DNA of 58,677 bases, filler included, from Basidiobolus ranarum (lineage: Eukaryota), in assembly GCA_040143965.1 (NCBI GenBank). It is 2 parts of 2 records of this genome, joined end to end, with 100 filler letters (N's around TTAATTAATTAA, not from the genome) between each part and the next. Parts side by side here need not be neighbours in the genome. Positions count along the whole stretch, not along the records: positions 1 to 29,411 come from JASJQH010006981.1; positions 29,512 to 58,677 come from JASJQH010006982.1. The stretch is one strand, 5' to 3'. The notes beneath the pieces are model-generated. The model saw nothing but the letters and a program-made list of their open reading frames with translations. It searched no databases and was not told the DNA's origin. How positions within the stretch are numbered: position 1 is the stretch's first letter; the number at the start of each line of letters is the position of its first letter. Below are positions 12,359 to 31,216 of this stretch, piece after piece. A program made the position numbers and the translations under genes.

Positions 12359-12784
12359 CCTTTATGGCACTTCTCGTTCAGGTTGCTCAAAAATGAATCT
12401 AAACCTAATGGTGGTTAAATAGGCAAGATCCGCTGAGCTTCTTCAATTATTCCCGAATTAACAAAAACACCCATGAAACGTGATTAAAGTTGGATCTCGA
12501 TTGAGTCCGAAACAATTATGCTTAATGCACTAACAGAGATATTTCCTGAAAGCAGCAGATAGTAATATATATTGTTTATATTCACCATATTTACTCGAAA
12601 CAAGGAAAATATACTTGAACACACAAAAGCACTAAAAACTAGGTTTTCAGTAAAAAAATAGGTAAACTCTAATGAAATTATAAGGTGCAGATCGCGCGTG
12701 TATTCGAGGATAAGGAGAAAATTACTACTTCGTTAGAAGTAGAAATAGGCTAGAAATTTTAGTGCTCATAAGGGTTGAATTGAA

Positions 12785-15700
12785 TTACCAATCCTTAACA
12801 AGGCAAAGTTCAAACACAGAGCCGTTGACATCTTGCTCTTCGATGACAATGACTTCAGCATCGGCTGCTCTGTCAGTAGATGGGAAGAGAGGCTTCTTCA
12901 AAACCTTTCTCAAAACCTCAACTTGCTCCTCCATAACCTTGGACAATTGATTCTCTGGGTCAGTCTTGAATTCATAGTACATATGAACAGGGTCAGTGGG
13001 TTGCAAATTGACCTTCTTACGAAGTCTTTGTACGCGATTAATAACTTCACGAGCAAGACCTTCTTGTTGTAATTCTGGGTACAATTTAACATCCAACAAG
13101 ACAAGGACATCCTTATCAGTATTGGTTTCATAGTGACTATCTTGAACATCAAAGTAACGAATGACGGTAAGATCCTCATCGGTGAGGGTGATACCTTCAA
13201 CCATGATGGACAACTCTTGGACAAACTTCTTTACTTCATCAGAAGTAAGTTCAGGCAGAGCCTTCTTGACCTTCATAGCATCCTTCTTCAACTTTTGTCC
13301 GAGAACCTTGAGATCGGCCTCAGCTCTGTACTTAACTCCATAACGTTCCTCGTTGGCAGTAACTGTGAGAGTACGAATGTTAAGCTCTTCAACAATATAT
13401 TGTTCGAGGGCCTTAACATCTTCGTGATATTGAGGATCAGGATGAATAACAATGAGCTCCATAAGGGGAGTCTTCAAACTGATGTTCTTCTTTTCACGAA
13501 TGATTCTGCCAAGTTCAATGACAGATTGCATTCTTGATACAGCACGTTCAATCTCGGGATCGAAATACTCTTCCCTTACTTCAGGGAACAACAAAAAGTG
13601 AATGGAACGCTCATCTTCCTGTCCATCAGATGGAGGTAAGAAAGTCTTGAGAGTTTGGTACATGTTTTCAGTCAAGAAAGGAGTGAAAGGAGACAGTACA
13701 CGGCACAAGGTGAAAAGAACCTCAAAGAGAGTGTTAAGAGCCATGATGCAATCTTCTTGGCCATTTTCATCATTGAGTCTCTTTCTGTTGAATCTGACGT
13801 ACCAGTTGGTCAACTCTTCAATAAGTCTCAACAAACGAGGAACAACGGTATATAGTCTGTAAGCAGCCATCTCCTCACGTACAAAACGAATCAAGGATTG
13901 GCAAGAAGCCAAAATCCATCTGTCCATAACGTTGGTAGACTTTTGTTGAGCAGCATTGTACTTGAAATCAACGTTGAAATCGTTCTTGAGGAGAACGATT
14001 TGATTAACGAAAAATCTATAGGCGTTGTACCAAGGAAGGAATACACGAGTAATCACTTCTTTAACACCCTCCTCCTTGAATTTGAGAGTCTCAGCACGAA
14101 CAACGGGTGAGTTAATCAAGTAAAGTCTAAGAGCATCAGCACCGAAACTGTTGATAACCTTTGATGGTTCGGGATAATTCTTAAGACGCTTACTCATCTT
14201 CTTGCCATCAGATGCTAAAACGAGACCATTGACAATCAAATTTTTGAAAGCAGGCTCATCGAAAAGATGAGTAGAAAGAACCATTAAAGTGTAGAACCAT
14301 CCACGAGTTTGATCAAGACCTTCGGCAATGAAATCAGCAGGGAAGCGAGCTTCAAACTTGGCCTTGTTCTCGAAAGGATAATGTTGTTGAGCATAAGGCA
14401 TACTACCACTCTCGAACCAACAATCGAAAACTTCCTCAATTCTTCTCAAAACACCACGGCCAGTCTTGGAAGGAATGGTAATGTTATCAATTTTGTCACG
14501 ATGAATATCTCCAATGTTAGATACACCGGAAAGTTCCTCAAGTTCAGCAACGGAGCCGATACACACGACCTCCTCCAAGTCATCACTAACCCATAGAGGA
14601 ATAGGGGTACCCCAGTAACGGTTTCTAGAGATATTCCAATCTCTAGCATTGGCAAGCCAGTTAGCGAAACGCTTCTCTTGAACAAAATCGGGAACCCAGC
14701 GAGTTTTCTTGTTGTTATTCAAGAGTTTTTCAATAACAGGCTTAACACGAACAAACCAAGAGGGAACGGCCTTGTAGATCAAAGGAGTATCTGATCTCCA
14801 ACAGAAAGGATAACTATGCATGAGTTGAGATTGACGAATCAATCTGTTGTTATTCTTGAGAAGCTTCTGAATAGCTTTGTCAGCTTCTTTAACATATTGA
14901 CCCGCGAAATCAGTAACTTCGGCAGTATAATTGCCCATTTCGTCAACTGGGCAAGGAACGTTACCATCTTCGGTAATAACACCGTGAGCAAGGCAAACAC
15001 GGAAATCGTCCTCACCAAAAGCAGGGGCTTGATGAACAATACCAGTACCACTATCGTCGGTAACGTAAGTATCAACAAGAACTTTGAAGCCCTTGCCCTT
15101 GAATTCTTCGGCAAAATAGTTGAACAATGGCTCGTACTCAAGGCCAAGCAAATCTTTACCCTTGTATTTCTCAAGGACTTCGAACTTAGCTTTCTTAGGG
15201 TTCTTGTAAAGAATCTCTAAACGCTTCTCAAGCAAAATGTAAATGTGACCAGTTTCACCATCCTTGATCTTAACATAGTCGAAGTCAGGATGAACGCAAA
15301 GAGCCAAATTGGTAGGAAGGGTCCAAGGAGTGGTAGTCCAAGCAAGTAAGCTAACTTCAGGATCACTAATCAAGGGGAAAGTAATAACAACTGCAGGGTC
15401 ATTGACATCTTTATAATTTTGAGTGGCCTCGAAGTTAGAAAGAGGAGTGTTACAGCCAGTAGAATAAGGCATGACACGAACACCACGGTAAACTTGTCCT
15501 TTTTCGAAAAGTTGCTTGAATACCCACCAAACACTCTCCATGAAGGGAAGGTTCAAGGTTTTGTAGTCATTATCGAAGTCAATCCAACGACCGGTTCTTT
15601 CAATGGTCTCACGCCATTCAGAGGAATAACGCATGACAATACTACGGCATTCTTCGTTATATTTGGCAATTCCCATAGCCATGACATCATCCTTACCCTA

Positions 15701-16218
15701 TTGAACACATGTACTGTTAGTATCAAACTAAGTCCAGACAGTAGACTTTTATCCTAAAAGTATGTACCTTGATGCCGAGTTTTTTGTCAATTTCATATTC
15801 AACGGGTAGACCGTGGCAATCCCAACCAAAGCGACGTTCAACATAGTGACCAGTTTGATGGGCGTAACGAGTGACAATATCCTAAAGAAATTTACATCAT
15901 TAAACATCAACAACTGTGTATAGTGAAAGAAAGGGCAAAATTACCTTGATGGTACCAGCTAAAATGTGACCATAATGAGGAAGACCGGTAGCAAATGGAG
16001 GACCATCATAGAAAGTATAAGGCTTTCTACCTTCTGAGAGTTTTAAAGAGGTACGGAAAGCATCGATCTCGTTCCAGAAAGCAAGGATTTTCTCCTCCTC
16101 TTTAGGAAAATTAAATTGAGCAGACCCTATTATTTAACAAAATGAGTTTCTCCCTTTAGTTCATGTAGTCCACTTTACATATATCTCAATAATTAGTATA
16201 TTTACCCTCGTTAGACAT
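12785..16218 (-). CDS. ILS1: Cytosolic isoleucyl-tRNA synthetase (4 exons)
   Basis: [14 protein letters not shown] (HIGH motif), [19 protein letters not shown] editing motif and KMSKR. Confidence 0.97.
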
Positions 16219-16424
16219 TTTACTAAAACGAAGCGAAGCAAGGATCGAGCAGATGTATGGACACCCTTTAAAAGTAACACTTTTTTTTTCTAATTAATTG
16301 ATGATCGAATCAAATTGTTTGTCATTGCAATCACATATTTGACCCTAAAAATCCCAAAATTTCCCAGACTTTAACCAGCCTCGGAAATTGGAGTTTTGAT
16401 GTTTAGGCCTGAAAAACAATGGAT

Positions 16425-16433
16425 ATGACTCAT
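16425..16433. promoter_or_regulatory. Gcn4/CpcA (AP-1 type) site ATGACTCAT upstream of ILS1
   Basis: Perfect 9-mer ~207 bp upstream of the ILS1 ATG, in the divergent ILS1/ULA1 intergenic region. Confidence 0.6.
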
Positions 16434-16825
16434 CTAGCCTTTTCCAGATAAGGTATCCGTAGATATATATATAATCATCGCTTAGATTTGGCTACTTTCA
16501 TTGTAGAATGCTTTATGAAGCTGATATTCAGGAATAGTTTGAACTCAGCCTCACTTTTCAAATCTACGAAAGGAGGAAGAGCATTACTGTAAACTATGTT
16601 TAAATTAGGGTGTAAATTATGTTATAGTTATGCTGTAGGCTGTACACATGAATGAATTCGCCACTTGAAATGCTTTTAAACATATCGATTGATGACAGGT
16701 GCATTCAGACTCGATTGATGCAGAAGTCACATTACTAATTATTTACCAAAATTACTAAATGCCAACAACTAATACGTTTTAAGCATCTCTGCTCTTAAAT
16801 ACAACCTTCCACAACAAAAAACTGA

Positions 16826-19182
16826 ATGGATCCCAAGACACAGAAATATGACAGACAATTAAGGTATCTCCAAAATTAAAATGTGATATACACTGTTATC
16901 TTTTTTTAAGTATTTGTAAGGTTATGGCATGCTAATGGTCAAGCTGCCCTTGAAAATGCAAATGTGTGCCTAATCCATGGAACAGCAACTGGCGCTGAAA
17001 TATTAAAAAATCTGATTCTTCCAGGTAGGCACAACACTTAAATAGTATTTTCTTAACAGTACATAAATATCTATACATATGGAAAGTAACCTAGTCGCTA
17101 ATTGACGCTTTCATACTACTTAGGAATTGGCTCCTTTACAATCTTAGATAACAAAATGGTGGAAAGTGCTGATGTGGGAAGTAACTTTTTTCTCGAAATG
17201 TCAAAGGTTGGCCAATCTCGGGCACAGACAGTCACACATTTTTTAAAAGAGTTGAACGAAGATGTAAAAGGTTTCCACGTAGAAGAGGTAACAAACAGGT
17301 TTTCCATTGAAGTCAAATTCGAAGGTTCAACCTCAGGGGCCATTAGCAATATATACGGACTATTATGTATTGAGGCTATATTAAACTCTTCAATATTTTG
17401 ACAGGATGTTTACCCATTGATTGAGCATCGCCCAGAGTTTTTTAAACAATTTTCTGTGGTGATTGCTTCGGAGGTGCCTGAGAAATACTTGATCAAACTT
17501 TCAGAATTTTGCTGGAGTGAGGATATCGCTTTGGTAGCAGTACGAAGCTTTGGCTATATGGGATACTTCCGAATTGCTATTCCAGAGCACACAGGTTATT
17601 ACACCTTTTACTCTCCTTAATGATCTTTTATTAAGAATGTTCCTCTGTGTTTAGTGACCGAAACACATTCGGAGAACACTGTTGATCTTCGCATAGATTG
17701 CCCATTTTTAGCGTTACGTGAGTACTCAGAATCGTTTGAACTGTCAAAAATGAACAACATGGATCATGGGAATGTCCCTTATGTTGTTATATTGCTTCAG
17801 GCTATGGAAAGGTGGAAAAGCGAGGTATTGAAGCATTTACGCTCCATTGTGTATCAAGTAACATTAATCTTGATTATAATTGTATAGCATGATGGCAAGA
17901 TACCAAGTGTGTATGCGGAAAAAAATGAATTCAAGAAACTGATTCGACAAATGTCTCGATCATACGACGAGGAGAATTTTGAGGAGGCCATCAATATGGT
18001 ACTCAGAGTGTGCAATAAAACTGAGGTGACTTAATCCATTTTGAGTTCATTCTAAAGAGCCAAACTTACGAATGAACTACTAGGTGCCTTCTGGGATTCG
18101 GAGCTTATTCGCAACTTCAGCTAGTAACGAAATCACCAGCCAAGTAATGAGATATTGAAATTCTTCGCAACGACATTGCACTGAAGTCTAACTGTCAATG
18201 ATTTTAATTAACAGACTTCTGACTTTTGGCTGTTGGTACGTGCGCTGGAAGATTTCGTGAACAACGAGGGGAACGGTTTGCTTCCAGTATCAGCTACACT
18301 TCCGGACATGAAATCCGATACTGAACGCTACATTACTTTACAAAACATGTTAAGTGCTCTTTATTTAATGCAACAATAACAAGTATTAAAGCTAAACTGA
18401 GTTAATCTTCAATAGATATCGTCAAAAAGCAAGGGAGGATCTTATGGCGCTTAAAAACCATCTCATAAAATTACAGACCTTGGTAGATCGACCTGCTGAT
18501 TCCATTTCAGATGACCAAATTGAAGTGTTTTGTAAGAATGCCGGCTTCTTAAAAGCTTTGAAATATCGCTCTCTTGCTGAAGAGTTTCAAAGCAACCCTA
18601 ATACGAAGAAAATACGTAATAACGAGTGTTTTTAGGCATTGGTCAGCATTTGACGCGTCTAATCTCTTACAAACAATATCTTAGGTCAATGGTTAGAAGA
18701 TGAAACTGGGAATTTGGCCTATTATGTAGTTATTCGCGCGGTAGATAGGTTTTATGACGCTCACAAAAGATATCCAGGTATAAGTTTGCTCTTATTGTAT
18801 GTCTTTTGTTTATTACCGCTAATTATGTCTCCAGGTCAAAAAGATGAATTGGTTGAAGACGATGTCAAATTACTGAAAGAATTTACAGCCAGCCTGCTGA
18901 GAGAGTGGAACCTACCTGCGGAAATTATTTCCGAAGATCATATTCATGAAGTGTATGTTGCAGTTCTTGCGTAGAGTATTTGCGGTGTCTATTGTATTTA
19001 TCGTGTTTGATTTCTCTTTCAGGTGCCGCACTGGACTGGCCGAGTTGCCAAGCGTAGCAGCGTTATTGGGCGGTGTAGTCTCACAAGAGGTGATCAAGTT
19101 AGTCACCAAGCAGTACATTCCCCTAAATAATACCTTCATATATAATGGCATAAATGCTACCACATCCACATACGAATTGTAA
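16826..19182 (+). CDS. ULA1: NEDD8-activating enzyme E1 regulatory subunit (APPBP1/NAE1), multi-exon
   Basis: N-terminus [24 protein letters not shown]...[16 protein letters not shown]-terminus [32 protein letters not shown]. Confidence 0.95.
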
Positions 19183-19760
19183 AGCAAAAGGAGATATTTA
19201 GGAATAAAAAATCCCTATTTATTAGCTGAAAGGTGCATCATCCAGACACTATGAATGCTCATAATTTGAAATCCAATAATTATCAGGGCGGTGTAATATA
19301 TATTGATCTCCACTAGTTTAACTAAGAAACGTGGTTGAAAAAGGAAATGATCAGAAAATTACTACACTCGCCTTATATAGTATTGGTGATATATCTGGCT
19401 CGAGATCTACGTAACGGCGGTACCTCTGCAGCAAGAGGGCAAGTCGTGCGGTGATTTGTTAACACGAGTACAAGTAACAGAAAGCGATCTATACCATTAC
19501 TAGAAAGCTTATGCATACAGAACTGAGCCTCATTCTATGGCTCATCTCATGCGTTCATCACCAATGGAGAGTCGATCAAGAATCTACCGAATTTGTGGAG
19601 CGATGTATTGCAAATATTATGGTAAGTGCAGTAGTCACTAAATGTGAGTAAAACTGACTCGGCTAAGTGATTTGGGTTGACTTTAATGCTTCCATATACT
19701 CTATGCTGATTCTAAAATGAAGAAAGAATATAAATATATATTATCTTTAGCCACCTTTTT

Positions 19761-19769
19761 ATGACTCAT
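19761..19769. promoter_or_regulatory. Gcn4/CpcA site ATGACTCAT upstream of ARO1
   Basis: Perfect 9-mer 200 bp upstream of the ARO1 ATG, with weaker variants (TGAGTAA, TGACTC) at ~19645-19660. Confidence 0.65.
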
Positions 19770-19929
19770 ACTGATTCCAAATCTGTATGATTCAAGTTTT
19801 CCAAGATAACTTACCCGTGTTTGAAGTTGATAAAGAGAAACTACCACAAACAAATGTTAGTAACTTTCTAGCAACCACCTCAACAACTCGAGTCTGTTCT
19901 ATCTTATATCTTTGGTCTTTATAGTGTAA

Positions 19930-24781
<4,852 letters not shown>

Positions 24782-25159
24782 TCAATTAGCTAGATGGCAT
24801 CCCCTTATCTTCTCATCCCCTTACTCGGATTGATAGACATTCATATAATATCTCAATCCAAAGCAATTATTAAAAGTGCCCCTCAAATAGCCAGTATTAC
24901 AATACCCATTTGTTTGGAAGTATGTTGGTGAAGGTTGTACCACCGAATGGTCATACAATACAATATCGGAGAATTATGGTCGAATGAAGCTTATGTAATA
25001 CAATGGACAAGTCAGGGTTAGGGTTAGAACACGGATAATCAAGAGCATTTGTAGCATGTTTCTATTATTGTTTCAGCGTCTATTTCACCAATGAATACCC
25101 ATCTCATTTTCGCTTAAGAATATAAAAGGAGCGAATGGTGTATACAGTCTAAATATAAC

Positions 25160-26818
25160 ATGACTAAGAAGACCAACTTTAACTCTGTGTTCACGAAATT
25201 CTTGTATGAAACATTTCCTGGAGACAAATCAAAGCAAAAAGACAGGTATGCATATGGGCCTATAGGTCAATGGCACTGGTAGATTGATGGTTTCTTTGGA
25301 TTCCTTAGGAATGCTAGTCAATATTCGTCCCAAATCAGTGAATCAAGGTAAATCGAATCCATCCGTCTTAGTCACCATTTCACTCAATCCAGTCATAGTG
25401 CAAGCATTTTAATTCAACTTCTCTAGATTTAAATTGAACCCAGTATTCGAGAATCAAGATTATGGCGTAACAGTCAGTGAGCCACCTCAAAGGTATGACG
25501 ATCATTCGTTATCTCGCTCAAGCACCATGCCACAATATCCCACAGTGAGAGACTCTAGTCATGGAAAAAAGAGGTAGGTTTCAGGATTTTCTGCGATCAT
25601 GTTGGTGCAAGTTTAGTGATCTTTTCACTGGTCAGGTACTCAATTGATTCCAAGCTTGGTGACTCGTCATTTCTTCAGCAATCTTCAGTCGATTCACAGA
25701 GTTTGGAAAAGTATTCGAGCCAAATCATCAGTTTGGAGGTTAGTTGAATTATTTGCAGTATATACTCACTCTACAGAGTTTGACTCTCGAATAGAAAGAT
25801 AAACGGGAGTTGATGTTGGATCGTAAAACTTGGAAGAAACGATGTATTCGTGCGGAGACTGAGCAAGTCACTCAAGCTTCAGAATTTGAAGGTGATACAT
25901 TTAATGGAGATTATCATGGTCATAGCCTTGGCTTATTAATATGAATCGCTGTTGCTGTTTCAGAAAAAGCGCGGAAGTTGAAGGAACGATATGATCGGGA
26001 TTTGGAAAAACTTCGCCTATTGCATCAAGAACGTTATGAGACCCTAAGTAGTCAAGTTGCACAATTGACTCAGATTTCCGAGGTTTATAGACGACAACTG
26101 ACTCAGCATGGAATTGAACCAAGTAAATGTCTCTTACTGTCAATCATTGAAAACGCATTTATTTATTCACTTGCGTAGGATTTTTAATGGACTCCAACGA
26201 CGATACGCTAGATGAAGATAGAGAGTATATTGAGGTGAAATCAAGGGAAATCAGATATACATTGCACTCCATTTACTTACACGCTGTACTTTAGTATCAT
26301 TACAAGAAACTTGGCCAGAAACAAAATCAAGATGATGAACTAGACTCTACAGTCGAGGTAACCTTTTTGTAAGAAGTATACCATCACCACAATTGCCAAT
26401 AACTGAAATCTTTTAAAAGTACCTGATCCAAGCACTGGGTTACGAATTTAACGGTTATCGTGTCGATATGTGCCAGAATTCAATTGAGCAAACTAAAGTC
26501 TACCATGAACTCGATAGGAAATTGGAATTGGCTACAAGTATTCGTAAAATTCGCTCTAGAGCTAATCAGCTAGTCCCTAAAGCCTCTAATGATGTCGACT
26601 CAAGAGCAAAAATTCTAAAACCCCAGAGATCATATCTACATGGAGGCTCTATTGTGGAGATACCTAGAATCCCTTCGTTGGTCGGACTCGGGAGAGTCAG
26701 CTTAGGCAAAGCTAAGGGGCAGCAACTATTTCAGAAGAAATCAGGACAAACACGTTCTATCACACCAAGAAAGTCTTCGACTACTACTGTCATACCAAGA
26801 AAGAAAGTGTTCGACTGA
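25160..26818 (+). CDS. Hypothetical multi-exon coiled-coil protein
   Basis: TATA (~25121) then ATG 25160 (MTKKTNFNSVF). A series of short GT-AG introns, coiled-coil exons (KLKERYDRDLEKLRLLHQERYETL) and a basic C-terminus. No family recognised. Confidence 0.6.
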
Positions 26819-26943
26819 GGTCAAAAAAGATTTCAATATCCTTGTTATATATAGATAGAATATCAAATGATAAATACAAAAGTCACGCAAGAATAAAAAG
26901 TATGAAACATCTGCACTAGTCAAGAAGATTTAAAATAGCTTTT

Positions 26944-29399
26944 TCATCCAAATTGGATTGATTGTGAGGTATTCGGGGCTGATATATAATTAGGAGAGAA
27001 ATATGCAGTCGGAGGTGAATATCTCTCTGGGTTAGGGAAAGAAGCCAGTGAACTATATAAATGTAGCTGGGGTTGAGCCAAGTTGCATGCACCCCAGATC
27101 GAAGGATACTGCTCATCTAATGTTTTAGACTGAAGATAATAGTTGTCGTCTAGTTGTTGAAACTGATTTTGGGCTAGTGCTTGCATTATCATATCGTTGA
27201 ACTCTTGACTTGTGTTTAAATTTTGTCCAAATAGATTGCACGAACTGGAGATATCCTGTGAAAGATTGGAACTTGGTTCCTCAGTCAACAAACTTGAAGC
27301 AGGTGCTGTACTATTGTAGCCATCATCAATTGTATTGGTAGGTTTAGGCGGTTTTGCATCTGAAATATGAATGTGAGCATAGTAGAAGTTCAACGAGATT
27401 GCGAAACTCACTTACTTATTCTTGAGTAGCATTTATCTAGTATAGAGAAATGAATATCAATCACTCCCCAAAGAACCTTCCATTCTACAAGTGCGTTGTG
27501 AAGGAATTTATAGAACTTCAACGAACGCTGAGCTTGATAATCGTTCTTTGACCTGCAACCTTGTAAAAAGAATCGGGCCGCCATAAATATACAGATACTA
27601 TACATAGGATCCGTCTCTAGCACAGATACACCTCTGACTTCTTTGACCGCAAATGCAATCATCTTGGCCGACATAAAACATCGCTTGACGGATTCTGCGA
27701 CACCAGGTGCCTTGGGTGTTGTTTTCCCTGTAGGTACAGGATTCTGAAGAACTGGTAAATGGATCCAGATATCCATGGCATGTCTCATCGAATCTAGGAA
27801 TGCTATTTGAGCAAAAGCAGATGGATCACCTTTTATCGTTTCTTCAGGACGGTATTTAAATTGCTCTGGTAAATTGGCCTCCCATGCTCCTAATGCATGT
27901 TTGATCTGTGGGAAGATGTAATCTTTCTGTGATCCTGTCAAAGTTTCGAAGCGCATGATCACTCTATTAGTTCTTGCCATTATAGCCACCATGGCAACAT
28001 GAATGGCTAGCAAACCAACATTAGGTGCAGTTATCATAGTGACAACTTGCTTTGGAAGCTCTTGGTCAAAATTACATACTTGCGTATCAATTGGCTTGCA
28101 TTCTTCCCAGTAATGATCAATACAAGGCAACACGATACTACAATCATCCTCATTAATCAGAGGAGGTCTGCTGATAGCAATACTAACATATGTATCAAAG
28201 ATGTAACTAAACCACCAGATCCTTCTAGCGGTCTCTTTTTGTACCCACTGCTTAACTGTCAGGTTTGAAACGCCGGTGTGTAATTCGTCAAGTCTAAAGT
28301 AGCCTAGCTTTTGAGCCATTCTGTAAAAACAGAACTTAATAAGACTCTACAATAAGATTAGACGGACAATACTAACCTTATGACAACGCCTAACATCGTG
28401 CAATAGATAGAGATAAATTATTAGTATAGATATAGAGTATAATTGTATACCATGTAACGAGGAAAATTTCTTACCCGAATATGTACAAGCTCGATTGATT
28501 TGTCCACATGCCAGCTCGTATATACACATATGTAACAAAGCCTGACTTGATTCTAGAGTTGGCTCTTCTATCACGCAAAACACCTGGGATTCAATTTTCT
28601 CTGCATAGGAAGGGTCATGTAATTCCTTCGTGGAACTAGCCCTATAACGAGAAGCAAGAGCACAAATACTGTTGATAAGCAAAGGTGAGACTTGAGCTTT
28701 GCGCAATTTCTCTCTAAATTCTTGAGGGTGAACAAAAGGATATTGATGGTGGATGTAAGAGAAGTAATAATCTATTAGCAGTAGCATCTCCGGATTTACG
28801 GCACAAGAGCCATCTAGAGTAGAACGTATGTGTTGGTGATCCTTTCCCTGATCCTCTTGTAAATCTTCTTCAGCATCTCTATAGTATGGAAAATACTGTT
28901 TGGGGAACGGTAGGCTATAGAATTTGTCAGATTGCTCAACAACCTCCTGGCCTTCTGTTGAATTCTCATCCTGTGGGACAAGAGTCGATAGATCTTGCTC
29001 AGTAGATCCGTGAACTGATAATGCAGCTATGTTTAAACCAGAATTTCAGGTAGCGGTTAGGGAAGTACCAACTTTGGAAGTCGATACTTTGGCAGGACTG
29101 TCCATGTTCCCAGATCCAGTAGCTGGATTTGATTGAGGGTTGCTGAGTAATTGGGATATTTTCCCACTATCATATTTGATCGCGCCGTGACCTGGAATTC
29201 CTCCAGTCGTGTAACTTATTGAAGCAGAGCTTTGGCGAGGCCCTCTCTTCTTGTTTCCAGTCAAAAATGTACAGGGAACATCGAGCCTACGACAGGTTGC
29301 GCAAGCAGGTTTGTCAGTATCACATCTTACTTTCATCCTGCGACAACAGTCGCAAGCTTGGGTAAGTCTTTTTCGTTTGTTTAGTATAGAAGCATGCAT
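26944..29399 (-). CDS. Zn(II)2Cys6 transcription factor with fungal-specific TF middle domain
   Basis: ACDCCRRMKVRCDTDKPACATCRRLDVPCTF binuclear cluster; YFSYIHHQYPFVH and ETARRIWWFSYIFD Fungal_trans motifs. The start lies 12 bp from the gap, so the N-terminus may be incomplete. Confidence 0.9.
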
Positions 29400-29411
29400 G
29401 TTCGTATATCA

Positions 29412-29511
29412 NNNNNNNNNNNNNNNNNNNNNNNNNNNNNNNNNNNNNNNNNNNNTTAATTAATTAANNNNNNNNNNNNNNNNNNNNNNNNNNNNNNNNN
29501 NNNNNNNNNNN
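29412..29511. other. Assembly gap with artificial six-frame stop linker
   Basis: 44 N + TTAATTAATTAA (29456-29467) + 44 N, exactly 100 bp. Confidence 0.95.
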
Positions 29512-31216
29512 CTCAAATTTCTGTTAGGGAGCTATATATGACTATATAGATGTTCAGAATTTGCTTATTTAAACAAATAAGAAATACTGGTTATATATCA
29601 AGACTGAAGTTAATGAAGATGTTCAATTAAGGTTCCCTATGAAGCACATACTCTACACATTTGTTTGTTTACCTGTTGACCAAACCATTGATGTCAGCCT
29701 TTAACTCAATAAATCAATGAATGAAAACCACCAATTCTTCTAGTTCTCCAAACCACTTCCAACAAATTCCCAGAATATTTCAACAGAGACAGGCTTTCTT
29801 TGTACCATCCATACTAGGTAACTACTGCTTTTACGTCAAATACCATATTTCAGCATTTTGACCTATTTGAAGTATCTGGGATGAAATCGCTACGGTGATT
29901 TCGATATTTGGAAATGTATACACATTGATAAAGCATAGATTTAAAGCATAAAATATTCACAGTTACTGAATATTATGCATAGTTTATGTTTGTTTAGTTC
30001 AATTTTATCAGATTTCAAGGCGTTTAGCTAGATATTGAATTAACTAACTAATAATCCATTTTCACAAACGGTTGATCGTTAAAACCCTATTGGCGATATA
30101 GTGGTTGAATATTGTCTAAATATGGAAGTAAAATTATGGAAATATTCCGGTGGAGTAGGAATAGGAATCTAGAGTACGAACCGACTCATAAAGTTAGTTT
30201 ACGGTTAGAGAAATCTAGATCATAAAGAATTCTATATTTGCTTAAAGTCCCAGATTTAGACGGACCTTATTCGTTGGTTGGGAATGACCACGCCCCATAC
30301 GAAATTAGTAAGAAAGTAACTGGGCAAAAGTAGGAAATGCTCGTATCAAAGAATTCATTACCAGAGAACATATCTTCTTCAACTTGATAAATGGCCAGTA
30401 GAGATAAAGCTTAATCATGTGAATAACTTTTATATTGTCAACCTGGTCACCATTCCGATCAAGGAACAAAAAGGATTTGCGACTGGGCAGAACTCTTGGC
30501 TGAGCTGGTTATCAGTGTATATATATGTATGGTGTGACGATGATTAGCAAGGATCATGAGCAAATGACTAAATATGAGATTGGTAACAATAGCCACAATT
30601 AGTAGCATATCCGAATAATTTTGGCTTGATGATGATCTCGTTGGCGCCAAATTGTATGGAGTTTAAGGTTGAGCAAGTGAGTGGGTTTCTAGCCAATGAT
30701 GGATTCGTAGTATTGCCTAATTCATAGCAATTACTTCCGTGATTAGTATAATATAATTCGATGGAAAAGTTCGGATTTGGAAATGTGCGTCTAAAGAGAC
30801 AATTTGGACCATCGATTCTTTTCAATATTCCTTAATCTCATTTGGTGTAAGGCTTTGGTACTCCTTAATGTCAAGGCAAAAGCCACTGACATCGAACGTG
30901 GTTACTAATTTTTGAACGAACTACATCTAGATACACTGCTCTGGTTGATCCAAACTCATCCACTCATATTAAACTCGATCCTTAGTTTAAGATCTACGGT
31001 ATTTAGTTTAAACTTTGACAAGGAAATATGGCTATATTAAGATACTATGTTACCCCTTTTGCAGGCAGAGGTAGGTATAATTCTTCAACGGAAATGAATG
31101 AGGAAAGTCCTTCTTGGGAGATGAGAGTATAAAAGATGGATTGCACTCCGAAGTCAATCAATTATTTTCATACATTACTGACATACATTATTTCCCCTAC
31201 CTCACACACTGAAAAG

